Of a stretch of DNA of 64,000 nucleotides, positions 48,949-60,084 are shown in pieces. The notes under the pieces were generated by a model, which was given only the letters and a program-made list of their open reading frames with translations, was not told the DNA's origin and ran no database searches. A program made the translations under genes and the position numbers. The stretch lies in NCBI GenBank assembly GCA_028534125.1, contig CM052816.1:8806001-8870000 (forward strand), given 5' to 3'. The stretch is from Lama glama (taxonomy: Eukaryota). How positions within the stretch are numbered: position 1 is the first letter of the stretch; the number at the start of each line of letters is the position of its first letter.

Positions 48949-49154
48949 GTACGTGGCAATTCCCCACCCCACCCCCCACTCCTTTTTAGGGCCTGAGTTT
49001 TGTTACTTCTTTCCTATTGATTAATGGCAGCCTCTGTTTGGCTTGGAATCTGCAGAGGCGAGTTCTCCCTCTGTCTTCTCCCTCAGGACGAGAAAGAAAC
49101 AGAGACTGGTCTCAGAGCCTGCAGCCATGGCCAGTAGCTCCAGCTCCTGAATGG

Positions 49155-49201
49155 AGCTCAGCCCTGCTACACTGAAGCTCAGCCCTGCTACACTGAAGCT
49201 C
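49155..49201. repeat. 21-bp tandem duplication
   Basis: AGCTCAGCCCTGCTACACTGA twice, plus AGCTC. Confidence 0.9.
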
Positions 49202-49572
49202 TTTTAGGCCAAAGGCATCTGGGGAGATCCTGGCAAACTTGGTTATCGGGGTTTTTCCAAAGAATTTCTGGGTCCTGAGATCCAGGCTGTGTAACCTTGG
49301 GCAAGTCCTTCTGTTTCTCTGTTCCCATCTATAAAGGGAAGGAGGGAGACTGATTCTATTTTGGGTTTCTCTGAGTTTAAGAATGCCATGTAAGAAGCTC
49401 AGATGAGAAAGCCTATTGTTAGGGAGAAGTTTGTCTGCTCCAGAACCTAGGACCAAAAAGGAAGAATTCAGCGATTTGAATCTGTCATGGATTTTGCACC
49501 AAGAAATAGTTCTGCCAAGAGGGGCTCTGCTGAAACTTGTATCCAAGGGTCAAGACTGGCTAGATAGTCTGG

Positions 49573-49728
49573 AGAGATCAGCGTGGGCCGTGCGGGGTTT
49601 AGGGTTAGGGATCCAGGGCAAGTGGGAGCCTGGCTAGATTCAGCAAGGGAAGGCTGAAGAGATCAGTGTGGGCTGTGCGGCGGTTAGGGTTAGGGATCCA
49701 GGGCAAGTGGGAGCCTGGCTAGATTCAG
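49573..49728. repeat. Imperfect tandem duplication (period 85) containing (TTAGGG)2
   Basis: AGAGATCAG(C/T)GTGGGC...TTAGGGTTAGGGATCCAGGGCAAGTGGGAGCCTGGCTAGATTCAG occurs twice. Confidence 0.9.
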
Positions 49729-50399
49729 TGAGGAGACAGAATTCCCCCTAGAGGATCCTCCTTTCTGAACAGCCCTGGCCTCCACCCAAGTCCTGGCCCT
49801 TCACTCCTGGCTTCCTGAGGAGTCTGCGTACTGCTGGGCCCCCAGGTCCTCTCCTGTGTAAGAGGCTTTCCTGATGCTCCCAGTTCTAGGGGGAGAGGTG
49901 GATGGCAGCAGCTGAGAGTGGACAAGGGATCAGGCAGCCAGAGGGTCAGGGTGTGGAGGAAGAGGGCATAGGTGTCATGGAGTCCAACAAGGATCCTTGG
50001 CCATGACCTGCCCGTCTCCCCGACTTCATCCTTCATCCTCTTCCCATCTACTCTATTTCAGCCTGACTTATTCCTTTTGGCAAAGCTCTTAACCAACAAA
50101 AACTTCCTTTCATGCTGTTCCTTCCCCCACCCGCGTACAATTTTTAGGCTCCCTCTGCCCACATCTGTCTCCGTCTTAGCTCCGTCAAAGATCTCCAGAC
50201 ATGCCCCCTCCTCAGGAAGGCTTTGCAAGACCCCTCACTGCCACCAGGCTGAGCAGGTGGCCCTGCTCTTCTCTAACCACACACTGCACGGTCCTATCCT
50301 CACACTTGCTGCCAGCGAGGCTTAGGTGCTTGCTTTCTCGTTCACTGTCTGTTTTCCTTGCCACACTGTAAGTTACAGGAAGGCAGGGATGCTGACAGG

Positions 50400-51005
50400 C
50401 GTTCATTCACTCAGCACATGGTTACTGAACACCTATGTGCTCAGTTCTATGCAGACACAGGGGAACAAGACAGTGTGTGGAGATGGACACCATGCTGACC
50501 CTCATGGAGGCTGTGCTTAGTGCAGGACTGACATATAAAAGAATCACGCGTCCAAATTGTTAAGACAGCAGTCATACAAGAGGCATGTGGTGTTGAGAGC
50601 CCAAGAAGGTCCATGGAGGCATCACTAAAGAAGTCACACTGGAGCCAAGACTTGAGGGGTGAGAGGCAGGACACTGCAGAGAGCGGCCTGTACAAAGTCT
50701 CTGTGCAGGAAGGAGTGTGAGGAAAGGAGGGTGTTAGGGAAGGACCCAGGCTAATACATGGGTGTGGGAGGAAGCCAGGAGGGATTTGCAGAGGGAAGTC
50801 AGGCCTGGGAAGGTGATGCTATCAGATTTGCATTTCAAACAGCCGTCCTTGGCCAAGGTGTGGAGAATTGATTGGAAGGAGCCAGGGGGGAGGTGGGGTA
50901 CCAGGCAGGAGCCTGTTAAGCTGTCCAGGAAAGTGAGGCTGGTGGTGCAGATAGAGAAGTGGATGGGTGGGGAGATTTTTCAGAGTGCAACAGGAGTTAA
51001 CGATG
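50400..51005 (-). mobile_element. L2 fragment in IL17B intron 1
   Basis: TTCATTCACTCAGCACATGGTTACTGAACACCTATGTG...ATCAGATTTGCATTT...GTGTGGAGAATTGATTGGA. Confidence 0.55.
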
Positions 51006-51187
51006 AGTGTGGTGTGTACATGTCAATATATATGAGAGGTGGGCTGGTGGGACCAGGCCAGGGCATGGCAGGTGAGCATGCCTCTCCTAGAGGCCTGTCT
51101 TCTTCCCTCCCTACTCCTTGGGCCCTGAATCTTAGCCCAGAAGGAGACCTGGGTTTCCTAACTTTGACCTGTGGCTTTCTTCCCCAG

Positions 51188-51477
51188 CTGTTCCTTCTCA
51201 CCATCTCTATCTTCCTGGGGCTGGGCCAGCCCAGGAACCCCAAAGGCAAGAGGAAGGGGCCAGGGCGGCCTGGGACCCTGGCCCCTGGGCCTCACCAGGT
51301 GCCACTGGACCTGGTGTCCCAGGCAAAGCCATATGCCCGCATGGAGGAATATGAGAGGAACCTTGGGGAGATGGTGGCTCAGCTTAGGAACAGCTCCGAG
51401 CCGGCCAGGAAGAAGTGTGAAGTCAACCTGCAGCTGTGGCTGTCCAACAAGAGGAGCCTGTCACCCTGGGGCTACAG
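51188..51477 (+). CDS. IL17B: Interleukin-17B coding exon 2 (LFLLTISIFLGLGQPR...NKRSLSPWGY)
   Basis: Acceptor TTCTTCCCCAG|CTG and donor TACAG|GTAGGC; 290 nt. Encodes the hydrophobic signal peptide, an NSS sequon and the IL-17 family RSLSPW motif. Confidence 0.98.
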
Positions 51478-53162
51478 GTAGGCCACGCTGGGCAGCAGTG
51501 GGTAAGCTGTGTGTTGGAGGCTGGGGGAATGTCTTGCCCCCTCTCCCTGTCATCATAAGAGTTAAGACCTTGGATTCAGAGCCCTGGGTTGCATCCTGGC
51601 TCTGCTTCTTACTGGCTGTGTGACTTTGGTCAAGTTGCTTAGCCTCTCTGGGCCTCAGACTCCTCAACTGTAAGTGGAGGTGATAGTAGCATCTATGTCA
51701 TAGGCTTGTCAGTAAATGAGATATCCACACAGAGCCCTGCCATTATGTTCTTTAAGTCTCTGATGAAATGCCTGCAAGGCCTTCCCAAATGTTACGTCCT
51801 CCAGCTTAGAGTGCCTTGTACACACCTCTAGTTACAGCACTTCCAGGCAGTATTGAGTTAGCTGTGTGCACATCTGTCTCCCATGCTAGACTGGGACCAT
51901 GCCAATGCCTGCATCAGAATCATCTAAGGGATTCTCATGCCCCATTCAATCAAAATCTCCAGGGGTGAGGCCCAGAAAGTGGCACTTCAATGTATCTCCA
52001 CACAGCTAGGCCTGAGAATCAAGACCTGCTGCCCTTAGGGGACAAGAGTGGTGTCTTACCTTGGCTGAAGCTCCACTTCCCAGCACAGCACCTGGCACAC
52101 AGCAGGGGCCACGTGTACATGTGTTGAAAAAATAATGCAGAGGACTGACCCTGAACTCATGAACCCAAGCCAAAGATTTTTAGCCACATACTTATGTCCT
52201 GAGACTGTAGAACAGCAATGTTCAGTAGAACTTTCTGTGGCCGTGTAAAAAGTCCAGTATGGTAGCTGCTGGCCTCATGTGGCTACTGAATATGGCTAGT
52301 GTGACTGAGGAGCCAATTTTGATTAAACTCAAACAGCCACATATGGCTAGTGGCTCCCACACCTAGAATGTGGCACTTGTAATAAGGATCCTCTGAATCT
52401 GGGCTTCTACTTTACTATGTCCTTGACTTTCTTGAGGATCTTATAAGTATGCAGGTTCTGATTCAGGAGGTCTAGGGCAGGGAGAGATTCTGCATTTCTA
52501 ACAAGCTCTCAGGCGAGGCTGATGTTGCAGGTCCACAAGTCAAGTTCACCCCCAATATTTAGCAGATGGGGACACTGAGGCACAGAGAAAAAGTCACAGA
52601 GTGAGTCTCTGTACTCTCAGCTCTGGGAGGGAACTCATCTGTGTTGTCCCTCAGTGACCATCTAGTGTCCAGGACAACAGACTCACTCACATGGTGGTGT
52701 GTGGAAAATATTTGCTGAATAAAGAGAAACTAAGTCAGAATAAACCCACATCCCCTGACTCCTCTTCCTGTGGGGTTAGGCATCGATATGCTCACTTATT
52801 ATTTCCAGTGTATTAAGTTTCCCAAAAATATAAACAAGTGAGAGGGATGGGGAAGACAGAGGCTTAGGCTTCTTGAGATCCCACGGTACAATCTAGTAAT
52901 GGGCTGGTCATCTTGCTTGATGAAAGGAAGAAACTGGGTAGCTGGTGACCTTGAATCTGGATAACCTTGGGGTGGTGACTTGCCTTCCAAGATCTTTAGT
53001 CGTCACCTACGGCACAGAGTTGATGACTGCTGTTCCTCCAGCAGGGCACAGTCTTGCTGTGGAATCAAAACCTGGGTTAGGAAAGGGAGGGACATGGGGA
53101 ATGGGTGCTGGTTTGTTTTTCCCACCACCTTCTGCCACGCACTCTCTCCTGCCTTCCTGCAG

Positions 53163-53394
53163 TATTAACCATGACCCCAGCCGCATCCCTGCGGACCTGC
53201 CGGAGGCACGGTGTCTCTGTCTGGGCTGCGTGAACCCTTTCACCATGCAGGAGGACCGCAGCATGGTGAGCGTGCCCGTGTTCAGCCAGGTGCCAGTGCG
53301 CCGCCGCCTCTGCCCGTTGCCGCCGCGCACCGGGCCCTGCCGCCAGCGCGCTGTCATGGAGACCATCGCTGTGGGCTGTACCTGCATCTTCTGA
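53163..53394 (+). CDS. IL17B: Interleukin-17B coding exon 3 (SINHDPSRIP...VGCTCIF*)
   Basis: Acceptor CCTTCCTGCAG|T; cystine-knot motifs CLCLGC and CTC. Exon lengths 21+290+232 = 543 nt = 180 aa plus stop. Confidence 0.98.
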
Positions 53395-53436
53395 GACAGC
53401 CCTTCCTGCACCCCCATGCCAAGCAAGGCAATGGAA

Positions 53437-53442
53437 AGTAAA
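53437..53442 (+). terminator. Variant poly(A) signal AGTAAA of IL17B
   Basis: AGTAAA 43 nt after the stop, followed by a GT-rich stretch (CTTTGGGTTTG); no AATAAA seen nearby. Confidence 0.55.
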
Positions 53443-54102
53443 GGCTGTCTTTTGTAAAGCAAGACTTTGGGTTTGCTCCTTGTGGCTCTGAAGCCAAAAC
53501 ATGGGTGGGAGGTAGATTTTGATCAGTGTGAAGGAGGATTTTTCCATCACTCAGAGTTTTCCAACACTGCAGTAGGTTATTACAAAAATACTGCATTCAT
53601 TCCTATCATTTAGGACAGTCAGAGACTTCCTTTAATTTGCGTTTATAAGGCTATATTTCAGCCATGTTATTGGAGCTTGGTTGGTATAAACCTATCTAGG
53701 AGTGAACAAGAGCTGATTCTCCTCCAGTTAAGTCAAGGGCCATTGCAAACAGGCCCTTTAGAAGTGGTGAGCTCCCTGTCTCTGGAAGGGTCCAGTTAAG
53801 GCTGAGCCTCTCAAGAATATTGAACAGATTCTTCCTCTGGGTGGAATAGATGATCTACATGGTCTCTTTCAACTCTGAGATTCTCTACAGGTCAAATTTA
53901 TATCCAGAGGAGCGCCTCTGTGTTGTCAAAAAGCAGGGTTTTTTAACCTGGGCCAGTGAGCACATAAATTTTCATGTGAGTGTATCTTTCTGGGCTGGAG
54001 ACCCCTGGCTTTGAACTCTCAAGTATTGAGAACATCAGTGCAAATCATTCTTTCACCCAGACTTATCCACAAGGGGATCTGGTTAGATGATTTGCTGATA
54101 TC

Positions 54103-54290
54103 AGTGGTTCTCAAACTTTACTAGCACCAGAATCCCCTGGGCTTGTTAAAACACAGATCGTTGAGCCCCACACACAGAGGTTCTGAGTCAGTAGATAGGG
54201 GCCAAGACTTCACCTTTGTGATGCAGTGGTTCCCAGGTGATGCTGATCTGGGAATGACACTTTGGTCTGGGAACCACACTTTAAGAATTG
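54103..54290. mobile_element. MER5A-like hAT DNA transposon
   Basis: CAGTGGTTCTCAAACTT...CAGAATCCCCTGG...TTCCCAGGTGATGCTGAT...ACCACACTTTAAGAA. Confidence 0.7.
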
Positions 54291-57200
54291 CTGGCTTATG
54301 TCAAGACCCTTTGCTGATCAAAATGGCAGTGTGGACAGACTTGTCCTAAAGCTCCTGCTGGCCCCTGACCCCTGGATGCTAACACCCCCCCCATTAGCCC
54401 CTTGCAATTCAATCCTCCCCTGCCCTCCTAGCCTCTGCAGCAAATCCTAAATCAGCTGTTCTAGGGGCTAAAAATACCTTCCCTCCCCAAGACAGCTGAG
54501 GGGCTCAGGCTGTTCTCTAAAGGTAAGAATAGCTGGCACTTTAGAGTTAACTTCAGTAACAGGGCCAGCAGCCAGTATAGGAATACTTTGCTTGGCTGCT
54601 GTAACTTCAGTGCCTAAAGCAGCTTTAGTTCTGAATGTTTTCAGGGTTTAATTCATGAAAGGGTTAGGTATGTGCCTGTCTGGGCTGGCAAGTAACTTAC
54701 CTTTTTTGGTATTGTTCTAGAGTGGATACTGGTTAAAATTACCCTAGGAAGCTCCGGCCTGGTTCCAGACATGGAAAATAGACTTCATGTGCCAGCCCAT
54801 ACTGATGCCTTCAGTGGCTGCTTCTCCTCCCTGTGCGGGGGTGGATTGCTCTTCTGTGAGGCCCTGCTCTCCAGGCCGTAAGACTTCAGCTGCACACAAG
54901 GGACCCATGGCCTCCAAGGTTTTTTTGTGGGGTGAGGGCCCCCCAGGTGTCTGGGGCATAAAGATTGGGTGGGAAAACTCCTCATCTGGGTTGGACCACC
55001 TGTTCTCTTCCTTCCAGAGCATCAGACACACAGAGATGCTCAACAAGTTCCTGTTAGTTTTATGTGACGTTCCTCTTTCTGGGCTTCAGTTTTCTCATCT
55101 GTGAAAGGAGCAGATGGGAGTTAGGTTTTACCATTCTGTGACTTAGGAACTTGGCCTCAGGAGCTTGGGCTGGCAGCTGGCCCTTCCCGGTCCCCTGGTT
55201 CAAAGGCGGCACCAGGGAGTTCAGGACCTTTGGAGAGCCAGGTCTGCACCGCACCTGGGAACCTTCTTTGGTGAGTCTAAATGGGTTTCATGTTTTCCAC
55301 TGTCTGGTGAGAAACCCCCACTCCATGAGAAGAGAGGCCTCATCTACCTCCTTCAGCCCTGCATCTCTGACACCTAGCACAGTGCCCAGTGCAGAATAGG
55401 GGTGCAGGGCTTGGTGAATGAATGAATGCATGCAGGCATGCACACACAGAAGCCTCTAGGGGGAGCCCATGATCTGCCCCTAGCTCCTGTTGCTCCTTCA
55501 AAAGTGGGTCAGGAGCAAGGCATTCCTCTCTCTCCCACTATTCCTCACCCACTCCCAACTCTACCCTCCACAGCCCCGCTCCCAACAAAGTGCTGAAATT
55601 TTTCTTGGGTCACCTGCTCTAGAGGGGGAGTCTAGGGGTGGAGTTTTAAATGTCTATGACACTGCACCCAGGACTGCAGAGGTGGTGTGGTCTCTCTCCC
55701 ATTTTGTTTGGCAGATTGTAGGGCTCTCTCTGTCTTTGCAGATTCTCTCTCCTCTCCCAGAGAGCGCTGGGCCCTTGGGGGCTTCTTTCCTGGGATGAGA
55801 AGGCTAGGTTGGGACCTGGGGCCTGCTGGTTCCCATGCTGCCTTCTGCTGCCTTCAGGAATCGCTGGCCTTCCCTTGCAGACAGAGAAGTGGTAGGATCC
55901 AGCTCTCAGGTTCAGGCCTGCAGAAGCAGGCAGCGTGGGCATTTTGGCTTGCTTTTGTCCTGAGCTGTTCAGGCCTGCGTACCGGCATAAAGGAAGCTTC
56001 TGAAGGACCAGCCAGCTCCATTGCAGCCCAGCTGAAGGTCAAGTTTATCTGCCCTGGTTTTCTCCTTCTGTGCAACCATCCTTAGGGATGCAAGGGAGGT
56101 ATGGTTATTAGGGACAATTCTGGCATTGGCCTTGGTCCTCTGGCCCAATACCAGTGATCATCAGTTACATCATGACAGCCCGTGGCATCTTCATTTCAAA
56201 CACAGGCCATGAAAAGAGGCCATTACACATTGATTTCCCTGGACCTGAAAGAAGAGGGAGGGCACAGCCCCACCTGGCGTCTGGTTGACATCGTGCCTGT
56301 CTCTAATACCTTTCTGCCCCTCTAATCTTGTAGTTTAGGTGAGACCCCTTTTGCCCCCAGGGTGGGGCCTGACTATTCTAAGACAGTCAGTTTACTCTTA
56401 GCGCCTGCATCCATTACTGGTCTGGTAGCTGAGTCCTAAGCAAGTCAGCATGTGGCATTCTCTTGGTCATAGGGATTGGTTAAATAAAGGGCCCAGTTGG
56501 CCCCGAGCCCAGACTTTGGTTCAGGGGTTGTGGGAGAAGGCCCCCTGGCCCTGGGAGCTGTTGCCAGCCATCTCTGATCATAAGAAGTAATGACACTGGC
56601 ATTGCAGTGTTCGGTGCCTGCCATGTGCGTGGACTTTTGTGATAACCAAAAGACCCTTTTATTGCTTAAGCTAGTTTGAGTTTTATTTTCTACTACTGCA
56701 AACAATTTCCTGTAATGACCAAGTGCTTGCTACTCACACTTTAAAGGCAGCCTCTCTTTCATTACCACTGCCATCACCTACGCATAGTAACAACTTCAAA
56801 GACAATTTGGGACTCCACCTACTTGAAGGGTATTTTGCCCATGCTGAATTCAATTGATTTTAAGGAGAAACTCCAGATTTAAGCTGTGTTCTGTGGACTT
56901 GCCAGGAGACCTTGGGCAAATTCTCTTCTCACTTTGGGCTTTTGTCTCTATCTCTACAAAGAGAGGGAAGTCAGTTGGATGATCTCTGGGGCTGTTCCCG
57001 TTAGGAATTCACAATATCAATGTCATTTGGCAGTGTTGTATCTGCCTGGGTATCTGGGCCCTCACCCCAGCCAGGTTTAGCAGGTCTGGATGGAACTTGT
57101 CATAGAGGTTAACCTCCAAAAAACTCCATCCCCAACTTCTTTTCTCCCTTTCCTCTTGTGGGGTGAATGTTTGGGGGTGTGAGGTACAGCTGCCTTCCAC

Positions 57201-57348
57201 CAGCTGGGAACTTGTCTTCTTGTAAGACAGATCCATTGTATTTTTTAAATTTTAAAACTTTTAAATTAAATGTATGTTTTGGTATACATATATGTGAATG
57301 AAATGTACATACACATGCCCTATTCTATATGTATTTTATTTTACGTAA

Positions 57349-57440
57349 CTTTTTTTTAATTGAAGTATAGTCAGTTTACAATGTTGTGTTAATTTCTGGT
57401 GTACAGCACAGTGATCCAGTTATACAGGTCCACTGTATTA
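57349..57440 (-). mobile_element. Short L1 3'-end fragment downstream of the PCYOX1L stop
   Basis: TTTTTTTTAATTGAAGTATAGTCAGTTTACAATGTTGTGTTAATTTCTGGTGTACAGCACAGTGAT is the reverse complement of an L1 tail. Confidence 0.65.
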
Positions 57441-58188
57441 TTCCTCAATTCTTGCATAATGGACAGAATGATCAATTCTTCCAGGTACCAAGGAAAAGCT
57501 TTCCTCTTCCTATGGCCTGGTATGTTTCCCTTTTTCCCACTGGTTGCCAGGAAGTTTGAAGCTGTGTTTCCAGCTCCCCTGAGGTAACCATTTCTTCCTT
57601 GGAACCAACACTTCCTACCACAGTGTTGTTTAGAGGCTTAAGTAGGTGCCTGGCATCTAACAAGCTTACAGTAAACAGGAGCTATTATCCTGTCTTATGT
57701 CTTTTGATCTTCCCTCTATTTGCAACCATCTGGTTATGTTTCACTGTAGGTATTGTCTCAGGTACATTTTGGGAGTAGGCAGGGGAAAACAATAGATTCC
57801 GAGTTCTCTGCCTTATATTCCCTCCCATAGTTATCCCTATCTCCTAGCTAGAAAACCAAGTCAAAATCAGCTTAAGATGGATTTTTATTTCTTCTTAAAA
57901 AAAATAAATAAAATGAATATGCTTGAATGTCCTCGCCTTCTCTCACTCTCCCCCTTTGAAAGAAGCAACCACTGTGAGAATCCATATGGAGAGGCAGAGA
58001 GTGGGTCACCAGGATCCACACTGAAGGGAAAAGATGCTCCACACATGAGAGGTCAGAAGGATGCTCCATACACGAGGGGTCAGAGAAGGGCTCGGTGGGT
58101 GAGTGCGGCTTGTACAACCGCGGCCGCTATTGGTTGGGGGCACCCTTTTTCAGTAGGGGCTGGACATTTCTTGCTCTTCCCGGAGCCC

Positions 58189-58847
58189 TCACAGTTCAGT
58201 CTTCACCTTGTGCATCAAATCCTTTTGGTCAATCTTATCTAGGTCCTGGTACCAGCGGTTGTAAGCCAGCAGGGCCACATTCTTGGCAGCGACAGCCGTC
58301 ACCTCCACGGAGCTGGCCGCCCACTCCAGGGCGTTGAGGTGGAAGAGCTGGTCGTGCAGTGCAAACCGTGGGAGGGTGGTGTGGGAGCCATGGAGGGGGT
58401 GGGCCTGCCACTCGGCTGTCTGCACCGAGTAATAGGAGCGGAAGAGGGTCTTCAGCTGGGACCGGAAGAGGGGCTGGGGGGACTGGACGCGCCAAACGGC
58501 TGCTTCCTGAGGCTGCTTCCGGCGGAAGCTGGTGGAGACATTGACAGGGCAGATGTTGTCCAGAGCACTGAAGAAGCTGGGGAAATCTGTGGTAAGGATG
58601 CTGGCGAAGGGGAAAAGCTTAGGGTCGGGGAAGCCAAAGTAGGAAGAGTTGAGGTAGCCGTGGACCAAGGAGACGACAGTGGGCTGGAAAGAGCCCTGGA
58701 CAACATCGATGGGTGGGTCGAAGCCTTCGAAGGTGATGGTGCTGCTGTTGTCCAGGTGCAGAGGGGTGGCGATGACCACTATGTCGTAGTAGTCGGAGCC
58801 CGTGCCCGCCTCATTCTCATACTCTACGTGGTACAAGGGTTTCCCTT
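58189..58847 (-). CDS. PCYOX1L: Prenylcysteine oxidase 1-like, last coding exon (EGKPLYHVEYE...HKVKTEL*)
   Basis: Acceptor TCTTCCAG|AA, phase 1. Encodes YDIVVIATPL, LNSSYFGFPDP and AAKNVALLAYNRW of the prenylcysteine lyase domain. Confidence 0.97.
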
Positions 58848-59332
58848 CTGGAAGAAGAGTGAAGAAAACACAACAGTCAGCTGATTTCTTGGCTTCCACC
58901 CACTGGTCTCCCATTTGGGGCCCAGCAGTGAGGGGATGAGACACTGCGTGCAGCTGGGCTGACCAGATAGTGGGTCCCAGTCTTGCCATGCTGGTGTAGC
59001 TGCAGGTCAAGCCCTGGGCTGGAGTCAGGAGATCCGAGCTCTTCCTCTAGCTCTGCTGCTGACTAGCTGGGGGAACTTGGGCAAAGCTGTGGGTTGAAGT
59101 CCTGGGTGTTCAAATGAAAGGAGCTAGATTAATCAAAGTCTCAGCTTTCTGGCTCTGACATTGGAATCAGGACAACAGTGCCCTCTGGTGTCACTCGGCA
59201 GTGCTGGGCTTCCCACTGGTTTTTTTGGAACCACTCCCTGGCAGGTCTCAGACCAGAGTTTAAGGACAGAGGAGGTGGAAGTGTTAACTGTCCAGGAATG
59301 GAGTGGCCGCAGCCCCAGCTCTGCCTCCTCAC

Positions 59333-59473
59333 CTGTATGCTGCAGGGAAACAGAGGTCACCGTGGCGTAGATCACGTTGGCCTTGGTGACCTTCAGCAGA
59401 CCGGAACAAACCAGCTTGTTGCCTCCCTCCACAGACCACAGGCTGCCTTGGGCCCCAGCTAGCGACATGGCTC
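59333..59473 (-). CDS. PCYOX1L: PCYOX1L coding exon (GAMSLAGAQGSLWSVEGGNKLVCSGLL...QHT)
   Basis: 141 nt; acceptor TTTTGCTCAG|GA, donor ACAG|GTGAGG; phases 1/1 are consistent with neighbours. Confidence 0.96.
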
Positions 59474-59624
59474 CTGAGCAAAAGGGGAGGATGGGCAGTG
59501 GGTTCTGCAGAGCCCAGCACCATCCTACCTGGGCCTTTCTCCCAGGCCAAGCCTCCTCCCAATCCCGGGCACGGAGAGACAACATACACACAAATAAATA
59601 CAACAAAATTCATAGTGTTATGAA

Positions 59625-59930
59625 GTAAAAACATTATGCTCAGTGCAAGAGCTACTACTATAAAAGAACACAGATTGTATGACTTTATTTACACAGACTG
59701 CCCAGAATGGGCAAATCCACAGAAACACAGAGTAGATTCATGGGCCTAGGGCTGGAAAGCTGGGGGATGTTGAGAAAGGGATGGGGCTATAGGTATGGGA
59801 TTCCTTTTGGGGGCAGTGAAAAGCTTCCAAAATTGATTGTGGCGATGGAAGCACAACTCTGTGAATATACTGAAAGCACTGAATCCTGCACTTTAAATGC
59901 GAGAACTGTGTGGTATGTGAATTATATTTT
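59625..59930 (+). mobile_element. L1 3'-end fragment in a PCYOX1L intron
   Basis: AAAACATTATGCTCAGTG...GGCAAATCCACAGAAACACAGAGTAGATT...GCACAACTCTGTGAATATACT...GTATGTGAATTATAT. Confidence 0.75.
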
Positions 59931-60084
59931 GAAGGATACACACAAGATACTGGAAGAATGAGCAGGGTAGTCTTGCTAAGGGGATGCCAGGCAGGACCTG
60001 TAGGGTGGGAAGGAGCTAGCAGTGCCAAGAGCCAGAGGAATAGTATCCTGGGCACATGGGAAGTGCTTGTTAATTACAAGGCTT

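Noticed and set aside
50762..51187. In-frame upstream extension of IL17B exon 2 as an alternative N-terminus
   Set aside because: It is largely L2-derived intron sequence. The real exon 1 and a strong acceptor at 51187/51188 already give the expected 180-aa protein.
58339..58884. 181-aa plus-strand ORF (also 53007-53550 on minus)
   Set aside because: Antisense shadows of GC-rich PCYOX1L and IL17B coding exons.
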